Positions 49,990 through 63,454 of a stretch of 64,000 nt of DNA are shown in pieces; positions within the stretch are counted from its first letter, which is position 1, and every line of letters begins with the position of its first letter. The DNA lies in the NCBI GenBank assembly GCA_976551045.1, contig CDPCPM010000037.1, positions 8,060,001 through 8,124,000 on the forward strand, read 5' to 3'. The position numbers and the translations under genes are program-made. The notes under the pieces are model-generated. The model was given only the letters and a program-made list of their open reading frames with translations. It had not been told where the DNA came from and searched no databases. Source of the stretch: Glaucostegus cemiculus. Its lineage: Eukaryota.

Positions 49990-51690
49990 ACCCAATATAG
50001 AAAAGTATTAAATCCATGCAGACCATCAACTATTTACAAGTACAGGGTATCCCATTAGGACTGTTCCACATCCTTGTCCACTATGTCCATGGCAAATCAG
50101 ATTACACCTTTACTATTTGTTACTTTCCACAGCCTATGCAAGGTGCCCTACCTCATGAGAATTGTAGCACCAGTTAATCTTGAATGGACTTTGAGGTTGG
50201 GTGTTTTCATGGTAAGGGCCCCCTTCTTTTGCCCCAACATGACTTGCAGCCTTCACATTTTTGTGCACTCATATCACCTGTTAATTTGCTGCTGAACCCA
50301 CTTTTCTTTAATCAAAATAAACTTTATTCATAATAAAAGACAAACTATAATAAAACAGTGCAAACCTTTACATTTGTGTACAGATCAATCATTAATGTTA
50401 GTTTTTATAAAACCCTCAGCACTGATGCCACTTGCGTGGCTCCCTGGGGTCCCAATAGGGCAGTCCCATGTTTACAGTCTTTAAGGGGCTTCCTTGCCTG
50501 ACCCCACCCCTCCCTCTCCTGTGGCAGAAGAACCCTAAACTGTTGTCCTTCCCCACCGAGCCCTTGCGCTGGCTGCACCCAGCTTCAGTGAGTCCCTCAG
50601 TACGTAGTCCTGCAGCGTGGAATGCGCCAGTCGGCAGCATTCCCCTACGGACATCTCACAGTGCTGGGAGACCAACAAGCTTCGGGCAGACCAAAGAGCA
50701 CCTTTCACTGAGATGATGACCTTCCAGCAACAGTTGATGCCCATCTCTGTGTGTGTCCCCGGGAACAGCCCATAGGTCAGAGAATCCTCTGTTACACAGC
50801 TGCTGGGGATGAAACGTGACAAGGACCTTTGCATCTTTCGCCACACCCTCCTCGCAAACCCACAGCCAGCAAAGAGGTGGGAGACCATCTCGTCCCCACT
50901 GCAGTCCACCCAGGGACAGCACGTGCTGGGAGTGATGTTCCGACCATGCAGGAAGGATCTGACTGGGAGGGCCCCTCTCACTGCCAGCTAAGCAAGGTCT
51001 TGATGCTTGTTTCTGAGTTCTGGCGATGAGGCATTCTGCCAGATGGTCTGGACAGTCTGCTCAGGAAACCACCCTATAGTATCCATTGAGTCCTTCTGCT
51101 GCAGTGTCTGTAGGATGTTACGTGCTGACCACTGCCTGATGAACCCACTTTGCATCCATGTGACTCAGCTGTGGAGAAGGCAACCATGCCATCATTACCA
51201 TTTCTGTAAGCTATTTCCCAACTACCTCAGGTTTTCAAGTGTTACCTCCATACCAGTGAGCATTATGTCTGCCTTATCAAGTGGTTTCGCCTGAATTCTC
51301 TCATTTGCTAATCAACTTACAAGATGGTCTCACAGCACCCGAATAAAAAAAGGGCTGTGAACTTGCACCTCTTTGCTGATATCTTCAGCCTGCTCACATA
51401 TTTGTCAGTTATTTTGTCTGGTCCCTAACTGCGTGCAAACCCGTAGCTCTCAAGAACTCCAATGGTGCTGGATTAAAGTATCCTTTCAAGGTTTTCATCT
51501 TGGCCTCCTATGAGATCATGACTGTAATTCATGGTGCTGGTGGACTCACAAATACTTCATATGTCTCTGACAACAATATTGTCTTTCTTTTCTTCTGTTC
51601 TGTATCATTTGTATCATTTTCTAAGACTTCCACTGGGATACTGTTTACTAGATACACCCTCAGGAACATTCCCACTCACTTCAAATGGCA
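49990..51690 (-). mobile_element. Decayed Gypsy/Ty3 gag remnant (capsid region plus zinc knuckle), split by a Tx1 insertion
   Basis: Minus strand, with frameshifts: QKKRKTILLSETYEVFVSPPAP...MKTLKGYFNPAP...ESYGFARS*GPDKITDKYVSRLKISAKRCKF...L*DHLVS*LANERIQAKPL (about 51620-51260) and SPFKINWCYNSHEVGHLA*A (about 50195-50128). Confidence 0.7.
50305..51139 (-). mobile_element. Tx1-clade LINE 3' fragment (zinc-finger C-terminus plus 3' UTR)
   Basis: RGALPVRSFLH...CPWVDCSGDEMVSHLFAGCGFARRVW...ALWSARSLLV; tail tatgaataaagttattttg; 12-bp TSD TGAACCCACTTT (50293-50304, 51140-51151). Confidence 0.9.
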
Positions 51691-52059
51691 TGTATCTCTT
51701 GAATTCACCATATCTGCTACATACATGCCTGCTCTACATAGGGAACTCTGTTCTTCATTTTCTTCACACTGAACCATTGTCCTGCTACTCCCTCAAGGAG
51801 CAACATCCCAAACTCAGTGTCAATGTAGTGTCTATAGATTCTTTAGTGTTGCTGCTTGCAAACACAAATTACTGTGATACATCTATCAATAGAGCATCCT
51901 TTATTAAAGACAATAAACTCTCCACAAATGAGACTGTCTGGTACAACAATATCAAAAATCATATTACATGCTGCACTCATTTCTTAAAGCAATACTATGC
52001 TTTTATGCTCTCCATCAACAGCACTGTGGGAGTACATTCGCTACTGAGACTGTAAAGGT

Positions 52060-52162
52060 TGAAAAATGTTGCTCACCTTTACTTCCTTAAGGGCAATTAC
52101 GGATGGGCAATGTACACTGGCCTTGCCAGTGGCATCCACATCTCACAACTAAATAAAAGAAA
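52060..52162 (+). mobile_element. LINE 3' tail (CR1/L2 group)
   Basis: aagggcaattacggatgggcaatgtacactggccttgccagtggcatccacatctcacaactaaataaaa. Confidence 0.55.
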
Positions 52163-53049
52163 GGTAATGAAAAGGTGTAAAGTTAGGGGATGTGATTGGA
52201 AATGAAGCCACTGTGGACAATCCGTAAATGTAGTCAGCAATCATCGCTATTTCTTCTCCCCATAGGTATTGCAATACCATCCACCCAAACGAAAGAAGGA
52301 GAATACAGAGAGAATAAAATAACGATGAAGCAGATAAAAGGAGAAGTAGAAAGAAAGAAAAGATAAATGAATGATATAACCATTATTCACCGGCCTACCA
52401 CTTGCAATACCACAGATCCCCTTTTAGGGTTAGGAGTCTTTCTTTTAGCATATACCTTCTGCACATTACTCTGTTTCTGGAACATTTTCTCCATCACATA
52501 TTCTGGTCGTGCTTTATTTATGATTAATTAATTAACTAACAGCATTGATTAATTGGATAGCCTGAATAGTGATAGAAAGACTAGAGCTTGACAAGTTGGG
52601 ATGAGGAAGTGAATTGGAGTGAAGGGAAGAAACTTGAAATGGTGAGGTAAATGTAGGGTCTGTAGAGCAAAGCGTGACCATGGAGATCATTGAATCAGAG
52701 AGGAATAACTATGGGAGGGGGGGGAGGCGTTCAAACTCTCGGAGGGTGGGTGGGTTCATTCACAAGGGGAGTTCTAAAAGCACTAACCTGTTGACAACTC
52801 TCACCTCCATTTTATTACCAGGTTGCCAGGTCTCTTGAAAATCCTGGAAGCATTTGTTAAGTTCATCTCAGGTTCCCATTGTACTGTGGAAGCAGTCCAA
52901 TTTAAATATTACAATTCAGTGTCCCAGCCACTGCACACCCCATAATCTGCCTTGTAAGACATGTGGGTAGGTGGCCAGGGGTAGTTGGGTACATCTTGAG
53001 AAGAGTCAGGGCACGCACCAAGAACTGTGTATTCTTGGTGGGGCAAAAT

Positions 53050-53458
53050 TGTCACAATGTTGATTGAAGAGCAAGCTCACAGAGAATCCAAATGTGGCAC
53101 ACTGGTACAAGACTGAAGTCAGGATACTTCCTCAGGACCAAACACAGGCAGCAACTGGAAGGAAATCTTGCCTCAGAGATCTGAGTAGTAATCCCAACAC
53201 AAACTGAATCTTCAAGCAGGAAAAGAGAACACAGGACTGCTCTGGAGTAGACCGCTCTAAGCAGCTAGGAGCCAAAGTATACCTGAAGGTTGACCAATCC
53301 TCTGGCAACTAGTGCTACAGAAACCCAGGTACTTATGCTAGGCCCCTGATGGGGCTCAGGTGTGTGTCATTATGCAGTCAGTCCAGCATGGAATCCATGT
53401 GCTGTACAATGAGACATCTAAGGAACCAAATCAAGGGTCAGTACTCAGAATCATGACA
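53050..53458 (-). mobile_element. Solo LTR, copy 3 (409 bp, inverted)
   Basis: TGTCACAAT...ATCATGACA; TSD AAAAT/GAAAT with one mismatch. Confidence 0.88.
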
Positions 53459-53524
53459 GAAATGGAAACTGTGAATGTTGGGAGCAGCTCGCTCTTTAGA
53501 TTGTGTGAAAAAACCTGGTCATCA

Positions 53525-53948
53525 GGTCAAAGCCAAAGTCAAGCTTGTTGTCATATACACAGGCGTAATGTAAAACTTACTTGCAGCAGCATCACAGGCA
53601 CATAGCATCACATAAGCAGCATACACAAGAAAAACATAAATTAAACATACACAATATTTACAAGAAAGAACACAACTGGAACAAAAAAAAAGACTAAGTC
53701 CATTTTAGTGCAAAGTGATCAAAGTGGTCGTAGTGTTGCTGTACTGTAGTGATTAAGATTGTGCTGTTTGGTTCAAGAACTGAATGGTTGGAGGGAAGTA
53801 GCTGTTGTTGAACCTGGTGCTGTGGGACTTCAGATTTCTGTATCTCCTGCCTGATGGTAGCTGTGAGAAGATGGCATGTCCCGGATGGTTGGGATCTTTG
53901 ATAATGGATGTTACCTTCTTGCGGCAATGCCTCTTGTAGGTACTACCT
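53525..53948 (-). mobile_element. Rex1/Babar-type 3' end
   Basis: Minus strand YKRHCRKKVTSIIKDPNHPGHAIFSQLPSGRRYRNLKSHSTRFNNSYFPPTIQFLN. Confidence 0.85.
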
Positions 53949-54814
53949 AAGCGAGGTGCAAGGTGCTCTTGGGATTGCTGAATGTGGCACAGCAGTAGCT
54001 TAGAGCCCATTCCAAAGCTCAGCCTGTTTATCTCAGAATTGAAAATTGACCACAGTTAAAGAGATGTGATGTAGAAATCTCCAGAGAAAGGAGTGAAAAA
54101 CGTAACCAATATGCATTCATCCTGATGGCGACCTATGCATTCAGTTGCATCAAGCTGCCATAGCACACAGATTAGTTGAAATCTGTGTTAAATCCCCATG
54201 ACCTATTTACTTAAAGTTGTGAATAAATAATAACTGATGACATGTTGATGTTAAGTAATGGAAATAACATAATTTGTTATGAAAATGTTGACTTGAATGA
54301 TCTGTATTACATAATTTTCAGAATTTTTGTGAATAAACTATATTTTGAAATGTTAAAAAAAAGTAAAATGTACATAGACCCGAGTGTGATGTGCTGATTT
54401 TTCTGTCAGGTGTTGCTAAAGATGGCTCTGGTCATGTTGGTGTGGAACATTCCTCTCAGCTCAACTCTGCTGTATCACTTGTCCCTCATAGAAAACATTA
54501 ACCAGAAGACTAAGTTTGACATGTCACTCAGGCGGTTGACTTACGATATATCCTTAAGGCCTTGTGGGAAAAGGAGATGGTGGATATGTAGGCTGTCAAA
54601 GTCACTTAATTGAACACCTCATCACCAGAACTTTCAAACAATCACCGAGACTTTGCTTGGCTTGTTGTGATCGTCATCAGATCCTTCATGCACAGCCAGA
54701 GTCTCAACTCCATTGCAGCTTCCCTGAGGGAGTGATGTTGGCAATGACACCATCATATAACTACTTCAGGAATGCTTATTTGCAAAAGAAATGCAATGGT
54801 CTTTGTTAAGTTTT

Positions 54815-55303
54815 TTTTGCAAACAGATGAATAATAGAGGACTCTATGCTCTATGGGCTGTTCACAGGGACACACACTGAGACAACCATCAAATGCTGCT
54901 GAAAGATTATCTACCTGGTGAAAGACACGTTCTTGACTGCTTGAAATTTGCTGGTCTTACAGTGCAAGGAGCTGTCCACAACTGAATGTTGCAGATTGAC
55001 ACTTTCCAAGGTACAAGTCTATGTACTGAGAGATGTACTGAAGTTTGGTGCAGCTGGAGCAAGGGCTTTGGGGAAGAATCATTGTTGAAAGCCCTTTAAC
55101 CGTTATACACCTAGGGGGTGGGAACCTGTGTTTAAAAAACCTTCAAACCATTTGCACAAGGAGAGTACTTGAAGAACAATTGATGTCATGCTGATGTGAG
55201 GTAAATGGAATTTTATTTCTTAAACTTAGAATGGTGACATCTCAATGCATTTTCTTAAATATTTGGAAATCTTATGAATGAAGTAATATTTTAGAAAATA
55301 AAA
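54815..55303 (+). mobile_element. Older Tx1-clade 3' fragment
   Basis: aatagaggactctatgctctatgggctgttcacagggacacacactgag is homologous to the reverse complement of 50745-50793; ends ttatgaatgaagtaatattttagaaaataaaa. Confidence 0.75.
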
Positions 55304-56859
55304 TTAATTGCATGCTCCATCCATGTCAGCAATCTGCTTTTTGTAATGGGTGTAAATACCAAGAACTTGGTATCAAAAGTGGGAAGAATTGTCTGATTTG
55401 TGGGATCACTTATGGAGACACCTCAGTGGATCCAATTCATATTTCCTTAGCCTAAAACTGAAATAGGTAGAAGATCACAGAAAACTCCTAGTAACTATGC
55501 ATTTGGTTCAATAGTACTTTTCAGTGACAAGATTAGGGTATTCCTGGCTAGAAGAAGCTATTGATCATGACAGCTTGAGTGAGCTGAATTAAATCATCTT
55601 GTATTTCAGTTAGAACATTGCAATTATTCCAACAGCCTTGGATAATGACTGTCTTTGCTAATATTATATCAGCTCCTTCATACTTAGATTTGCCCTCAGC
55701 CTGATCATCTGCTGCTGTCATCAGCAGTTAATCTTAATGCAAAAAGATTAAAATAATATTGGCATCCTAGACATTGAAATTTTGAAATTAATCATGATTC
55801 CTTGTTGTATTTGACAAAGAGACTCCAAATATGAAAGTATGGATTCAAACAACAATACATGTGATCATATTTCCAGTGATCTGACTGTGTAGGCAAACAG
55901 GTTTCAGTAATCAATTGTCAGTGATCATATTTAAGTGTAATGTATTCTTCACAATGATATGACTATTCTGCACTAAAAGTTGATGGAGACACTTAGCATC
56001 ACCCTCTGTTTGCAAGGTTAATGCAAATGATCAAGTTGCAAGAGGTTACCAGAATACTTTTTGATAGTATAAATGAAGTTATATCCATAAAGCCCTTGCA
56101 ATTTAGGTTATCTAGTTCTATCAGACAAGGTAATTTCAGGTCACTGTGATTTTAGTGAACAATTTTAACAGTGAAGAACAGGTACACCAGCTTTAGATAA
56201 AATAGATATATTCAATGTGCATAAGTAGAACAGATGCCTTTGTCAGCAGCCCACATAAGGTGTTTCAACATTATCAAAGGTCAGATCTGCATTACACACT
56301 CTGCGGCAGCAGTCACAATAAACGGCTGCAGTTCCTTTGAAACACTATGAAGGTTTTTTTTTGCTGCTTTCCTTCTTTAATTCAAAACCAATAGCACATA
56401 AAGTATATACACACTGGTCTGAGTGTGAAAGTAGAAACAAAAATGAAGTGACCTAGAAATTTGATCCTGCAGTGCATTGTTAATGAGTACAATAAGGTAG
56501 AGTTTTATAGGAAAATTGATTGCATTGTGCTTTGTATAATTTGAAGTTCACAATATTGGTTTGGGTCATTGATGCATATAATAAGCTTATGCACAGAGAC
56601 ACCTGGACAAGCACAGAAGGGTCCAACAGCATGAAACGGATATCCAGAAGCCTTTTCTGTGAAATTCATTCATGTTTATGTGGCCTGCAGGCCACTCACT
56701 ACAAACGTGAGGCATGCTGTGGTAATATTTAAAGGCGCTGCCTGAGTAAATCCCAGCCCATAGAATCTGCTGCTGGGAATTGGTTGCCTGGAGGTGCCCT
56801 TTAACTTATCAACTAATTGTAGAGTATGTAAGTATGCAGTATGAGATATATTTAAGAGC

Positions 56860-57185
56860 TTCTTCTTTGGCAGTCTCTCAGAACTGAGGATGACTTGGTT
56901 CCACTCTAGATTTGATGGCTCCAAGGTGGCTGATGAGACCATTGTGGGAACTGCAGACTTGTCCATAGATGGGGCAGGAGGTGTCTGACAGGAGAGGTGG
57001 GTGGGTAGGCGGTGTATGTGGTGGTGCACTCCTTCCACCAATTGCGCAGAGTGTCTGTGTGTTCCCAATCAATGGAACCAAGATTCTCAACACCATTCTG
57101 AATGCTACTTCCCCACTTTGAGCAGTTAAGGACCAGAGATTCCCGGGAGTTAGTGGGGTTGATATATCTCTTCAGGGAGGCTTTG
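56860..57185 (-). mobile_element. RTE LINE 3' end
   Basis: Minus strand RESLVLNCSKWGSSIQNGVENL...TSCPIYGQVCSSHNGLISHL; tail caagtcatcctc...ctgccaaagaagaag. Confidence 0.75.
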
Positions 57186-58304
57186 CTCTGTGCATATGTG
57201 CAGTCGAAGTGTGTGGAATAAATAAGATACATATGTTTTAGAAGTTGTCAATGTGGTAACTCCTGGCACTATTTACTTTAGAACAAGGACCCACACATAC
57301 CTTTTATGAAACCCTCTTCTCCACCACCAAATCTCAAACTCACCCTTCTCCAGTTTGATAGTGAAATCAATCCTATGACCACATCCAACACTGAAGCTCT
57401 CGATTGCCTACAACCAAACCATGCACTGTCCTGCTGGGCTTCCCTCCAATGCAGTCACACACTTGTTCCCATCAGTCTGTGACCCACCTGTTGTGCATGC
57501 ATTAAACATTCTACATCTATTCCATTGCCCAGACCATCACTGCCTGGTTAGCAGTGAAAATTTGCAGTAGCAGGGCATTGCACACAATATACTTTGGCTT
57601 TCTAGGAACTCCATGTTTACCAGGCCTTCCCTGCTGTGGAAATAATTCTAGGCCACATACCTTTGAAATAAAAGACTCTGTGTTGGCTCTAATTTAACAG
57701 TGGCCTACTTTTACTGAATGTAATCCAGTGCACTTCTTAATGACAGAATACCAAGGCTCACTCTGTAGGCTGAAGTAACCTGGGGGGCCTAAATTCAACA
57801 TTGTTGCATTTTTTTCTTACTGCTTTCTCAGATTCAGATCCAGGACAAGATGTATTATTGTCAACACCAAAATGGTAAGTTAGGTATAGCCACATTAAAG
57901 TAAGTGTGCCATTCCCATCTACCATATTGGTGTCCAAAAGAATCAGCTCTCACACAACTGCCACCTTAAATGATGTTACAAATGTTGTTATAGAGTAGGG
58001 GAGTCTACTGAGGGTGGTGGGTATTTGGAATTTGGGACGTGGTAGAGGCAGGTACAATTACAACACTGGAAAGATTTAGAAGGACATGAGAAGGACCTGT
58101 TTCTGCGCTGTATAACACTATGACTTTACATAATACTAAGGGTGTTTACATTCATGAAAGATACTATTGCTGCTACCATTTATGTTTGACACCTCTAAAT
58201 TTAGGCTTGTTGGTGGCTTCTTTGTTGCCTCCTATCTTGCACCTTTCAAAAGGAGTAATGATTTTTAGTTTATTTAACTGAGTTTATAACATTTATGAGT
58301 CCCG

Positions 58305-58685
58305 GTATCTGAACAAGGCTACAAACATCATTAAGGACTCTACCCACCCGGCCCATCACCTCTTCAGTCTGCTCCCCTCAAAGAAACGCTTCAGGACATT
58401 CCACACATCCACGGCCAGATTGAGGAATAGCTTCTTCCCCAATGCCGTGAAAATCTTAAACAAGGACTTTAAATTTCAAAGATTGCACTAGTTCTTTCTC
58501 GCTTCTTCTCTCTCTCCCTCTAATACATCAAGTAAACCCTACAGTGTAAACTCTAACTTAATTTATTCTCTATTTATTTAATATTTAAGTACTGTGCCTA
58601 TTGTCTGACATGGGAGTGCCAATGAAATCTCGTTGTTCTGTTGTCTCAACGGCTCAATGACAATAAAGCAATCTTGAATCTTGAA
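58305..58685 (+). mobile_element. Rex1/Babar LINE 3' end
   Basis: KATNIIKDSTHPAHHLFSLLPSKKRFRTFHTSTARLRNSFFPNAVKILN; tail gacaataaagcaatcttgaatcttga. Confidence 0.85.
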
Positions 58686-59984
58686 AAGTTTAAATAATTC
58701 TGTTTTGTATTATTTTGTCAATTCTGGTGAAAAAAGTGCTTCCTGTTCAGTCTTGCGTAATTTTACAGGAACGTGCAAAGAATCTCACTTTTAGTGCAAT
58801 GTTACTTCTGTTGTTGCAGAATGCTAGTGCATGTTCTTCATCTGACAAATTAACAAAGAATTATTGAGATTTGGGAATAAAAATAACTAGCAAGCCCCCA
58901 GGGGTTGCAAGTAATACCCAGTCCAGTTAAATTCCACCCTGCCCAGATGAAGAAGATAGTTCATCTGACAGAACTTTTGCAAGCTTGTTTGCTGTGGTAA
59001 TGATTATGCTCCTTTCTCGCAACATCCTTCAAACAAATCTTTGTCTGATTTCTTCCATCTCAGCTTGTCAATGTGAATTCTCTTTAATACAAAGCCTGGA
59101 ATTCAATCAAGCAGGGGAGCCATTATGGACAATGACTAGCAAGGGAAACAGACCAGAAATCAAGTATTCATCAACATTTCCAGCTACTGTGCACAAAAAT
59201 AGACGGGCATAAGGGCTTGAGGTTCTGCCTGAGTTAAAGAGTACACTAGAATGACCCACAGCCAGGTTCTGCCCGAGCCAGCAACCAAGAAGAGTCCAGG
59301 CATTGTGTCTAGGGTAAAAAATATTATGTCAGCAACCAAAATTGATATCGATGATTCTTCAACTGTAGTGTAGTTTAGATCGCAAATGAACATAACAACA
59401 AATCCATGGAGCAACTATCAATATTCATGTAACTAACAAGACTGGGTTGATATCTTTAGAGGACAGGCAGGCAGATGGTCAAGTCCATTCCCCAGACAAC
59501 TTGCATAATGTGGATTTTATACATCAATTCTTTATTTTGTGTTTTATGTATTTATTGCTGTTGAAATATTTTTTGTAATTGAATTTAAGTTTCTGCAGAA
59601 ATATGCATTTAAAAACAATCCTTTCTGTATTTTTATACGAGAGAGATGAGGAAATGTTAAACAAATCAGTTCAAAGTGAACTGGGAAGCATTAAGGGGGT
59701 GGGCTCGGAAGAGTGGGTGTCAGGCTGTAGGAGACAGCAGGAGGTGGTCAGTTGATTTGCCAATGTTCTTCTTTTCTCTCTGCTCACAGTGTAATTCCTT
59801 AATTTAAGGCACCAACCTGCTGCAGTATCTTAAGTTAATGGGGTCATTATGGTGGCCCATGTTCGTGGTGTTAAATAAAACATGTAAGAACAGTCAGGAA
59901 TGGACACTTTTGCTGAGATCAACTCCTTATGGACTAGAAAGTGAACCACAGAGTTTTCGAACTCTGGATTGCTCGGAAGATTCG

Positions 59985-60295
59985 TAGAGAGGTACAGGAT
60001 ATAAGCAGGCCCTTTGGCCAGCCGATTCTCCATCAGTCGTCAATCACCCATTTTTAAACTCATCCCAGCCCTTTCATTCCCCCTGCATTCTATCATTCAT
60101 TTACACACCCGTGTCCAATTAACCTACTTGCCCACATGTCTTTGGGATCTGGGATGAAACCAGTGCATCTGAGAAATCAGGCGGTCACAGGGAGAACATG
60201 CAGACTCCACACAAACAGTACCAGAGGTCAGGATCAAACCCAGGTCACTGGAGCTGTGAGTGGCAACTCTACCAGCTGCTCCACTGTGTCACCCA
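59985..60295 (-). mobile_element. Older HE1-like V-SINE
   Basis: gcaggccctttggcc...tctttgggatctgggatgaaacc...gtcacagggagaacatgcagactccacacaaacag...caaacccaggtcactggagctgtgag. Confidence 0.75.
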
Positions 60296-63200
60296 CCAAA
60301 CAACACATTTGATCAACAAAAAGTTGTAGAATCTCTAAGAATTCACCTTCCTGTACAAGGAAATTATTGTGAAGTGTCTTTAACCTAATCAGAAGAAAGG
60401 CACCAGAAATGGTCATCAGTTTATAAATAATGGCTACATTCAAACTGTGGACTTCCCTGATGCATAAATCACAACAACCATTTTATCATGTCGCGGGAAA
60501 AGCATTTGATGCAACATTTGGCCTGCAGTGATATCTGGAGGAAATGACATTTATCACACAGGGACAAATTGTATCAGGCCGATAAGTGTCATATGATGTG
60601 TGCAGCTGGTCCTCTTCCAATCTGTGAATTAGGAAGCTTTGTGAATGCACAACAGAGTATAATAGCTTGATAAATTTTATATCAAATCAGGCTGCCGTTA
60701 CCTCACATGTCTCTTGAACAAAATAATTCAACAGATTTGTAAACAGGCTGGCCCACAATGTGATTGGGAATATATAATTGGATCATTAATCATATCTGCT
60801 CTTATATGTTCAAATTTTGATAGACAGTAAAATAATTGTGCTCCATAATGTCTCATACATTATGCCTACTGTAGGATGAACTTAGCCTGGTGTCCAGTAA
60901 AATGACATTTAGATGAATTTGTACAGTCAGCTATTTCAGGAGTAGCTTTTATAAGAGCTCTCCAATGTCGTGACATTTCAACTTCAAGTCATAAATTTCC
61001 AGGTTGAATAAACATGTGGGTGAGAGAAGGGTTATTTTATTTTTAATATCATTTAAGGTGTTTGCATTAAAAGTTTTTACATATGCATTACATGCGCCAC
61101 GTCTAACAACTTACAAGGAGATTAAGATGAAATAAATTCTCTCAACAAATACTTATTAGAACATTGTGATCCCAGCTGCAAGAATATATTAAATATATTC
61201 CATTTGGTTTGACTTAAGCAACACAGAATGTGGTAGAGGTAAATCGACAAGTATTACAGAATGTTTTATTCATCAGCTGTTCCTTAGATGCACTGAACAA
61301 AATCTCCTGCTTGATGGCAAAGTCGCACATATCATGGCTGTGTATGTTGAAAATATCTTCATGTTGCATTTGTGAGTTTTGCCACATCAGCTGACAGGCA
61401 GTAAAAACACCAGTGTGGTAATATTCAGGCTCCAGTTGTGATTTGCAAGCAGTTTCTGATTTTAGATTTGTTAGAACAAAAAAGATAATTGTTCATCTCT
61501 AAATCATCTGAACATTTTATACCTTTCTTGTCAGAATATATTAAATTAACAGGTGATGAAAACTGTACTCAGGAATGGATTAAAATCTTGTCTTTTGTCA
61601 GACTTGTCTCGAATTAAAATGAACCCTTACTTTTGTCCATAGCAAAAACACATAAATTAGGAGTAGAAAGGACCAAGGGACCCAAAGAAATCCCATTGTG
61701 ATCGACCCCATTTTGAATTGACAATCTGTTGTTTGATACCTACTTTATTAAAGAAGGAGAGAAGCCGCAAAGCCACCAAGTAATAAAACATAATTATCCT
61801 TCCAAAGGTACAACCTTTGTACTTTTCCAGAGAGTTCCAATACTTCTGATATTATCTGTCATATGTAATCCTTCCAGATACAGTGTAATTCACAGATAAA
61901 CATTACTTTAAGGCTTGGGTGGCTGTATGCAAACGCTTCAAAAAGCCCCTGGCGATTATTTAATGATGCACATGCACAAGCTGATTTTGTACAATTTACT
62001 CACTATCAGACTGAACTTTGCTGGGATAAGCCTTTGACCTATTTCTCAGAATCTTGTTCTCTGACTCATTCTGCATACCCTAATTAAGATAGGTCACTGC
62101 AAATTGATCAGATCAGAAAATTCATGTCTATACTGGATTGCAGGGTGGTTATCATTCAAACAACAAACACCGGCCTTCTCTGCGCAGGCCTTCCTGGACT
62201 GGTTTATTTCCATGATTTCATAAGGTACCATTTATTCCTGTGAAATAAATTTACTTTAAATATTCCACATGCAAGTACAATTGACTTGAAATGTGTGTTA
62301 AATAACACAAAGTTCTGGGAAAGATGACTAATCATGTTTCACTCTTCACAGAACATTCTGAAATAATCATTTGCTATGCATATATTTATTAAACAAAGCT
62401 AGTTGGGAGAAATAATGATTAGAAGTTTAGTGATTGGATAAGGTGCTTGAAGAACTAAAAGAACCTTGATTTGTAAGGAGTACCTTAATGTATGGCATAT
62501 GCTGCAGCCTTTTAGCTAATTCACATGTCTGTCTGCACTAATAATAGAGGAGGTTACATGCCAATTATTCAGGGTGAAATCAGCCAGTAAGCTCAGTACA
62601 ATAGAAGCAGTGTTCAAGCCCTTGATGTGGCACATTTTTTAAACACATTATCACCAGCTGCTTCAGAACAGTCCTGATACATTATGGTCTCCAACTATAT
62701 CCAGGAATCCAAATTGCTTTAAATTGACAATATATATTATTTTATCTTTACATATTGTAATATGCACCAGATCCTTCATCATGCTGCATTTTCACAAAAT
62801 GATTTCCATATATATTGTCACTTTTTGCATTAGAACATGTAGATTATTGTCAGCTGAAATTGGACATCCATTAAAATGCTTTGTCTCCGACACCACACAC
62901 ACACACACTGTTTTTCATTATCAGTAGCCTTACCTTCATAGCCCACTGAAACTAATGCAGATTATTGAGGTTTGGTCTGAGACAATGCAAAATTGTAGTT
63001 GGTTTTACATGCTGCAGTTATACAGAATAATGGAGAGTCAGAAAATAATAATTAGCATCTAATAGGTTGTTATGTTGGAAACATAATCTGGGCAAAACTA
63101 ATCTCGGGTTATGTGCACATCTGTAATTGACCATAATTTGGATGACAATGCTTGCAGAATCATTAGAATTAAAGTCATATTCTATGTAGTTTAATTTCTG

Positions 63201-63454
63201 AACTAGTTAAAATATCTGATGTTCTGCCTGAAATGAAGCTCTTATATTTATATGGTAGACAGCTAGACAAAAATAACAGTTAACAGTTTAATTAAACTAT
63301 AAACAATACTGAAGGCTTAATTAAAAACATTTTCTTTTAATCTTGGCCAATTAAGGAGATTAATTTTTAAATGACAGCGAAACAAATTGCATCCAGAACA
63401 AGCACATCATGGATCAGATTTTAAGTCTATTTATTTTGCTCAGCAATATCCTTG

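Noticed and set aside
51531-52055. 174-aa ORF, the longest in the track
   Set aside because: No recognisable domain, and it partly lies antisense to the decayed Gypsy gag; most likely chance.
58886-58912. Small GC hairpin next to CTAG as a Helitron 3' end
   Set aside because: The stem is short and bulged, the spacing to CTAG is wrong, and there is no other Helitron evidence.
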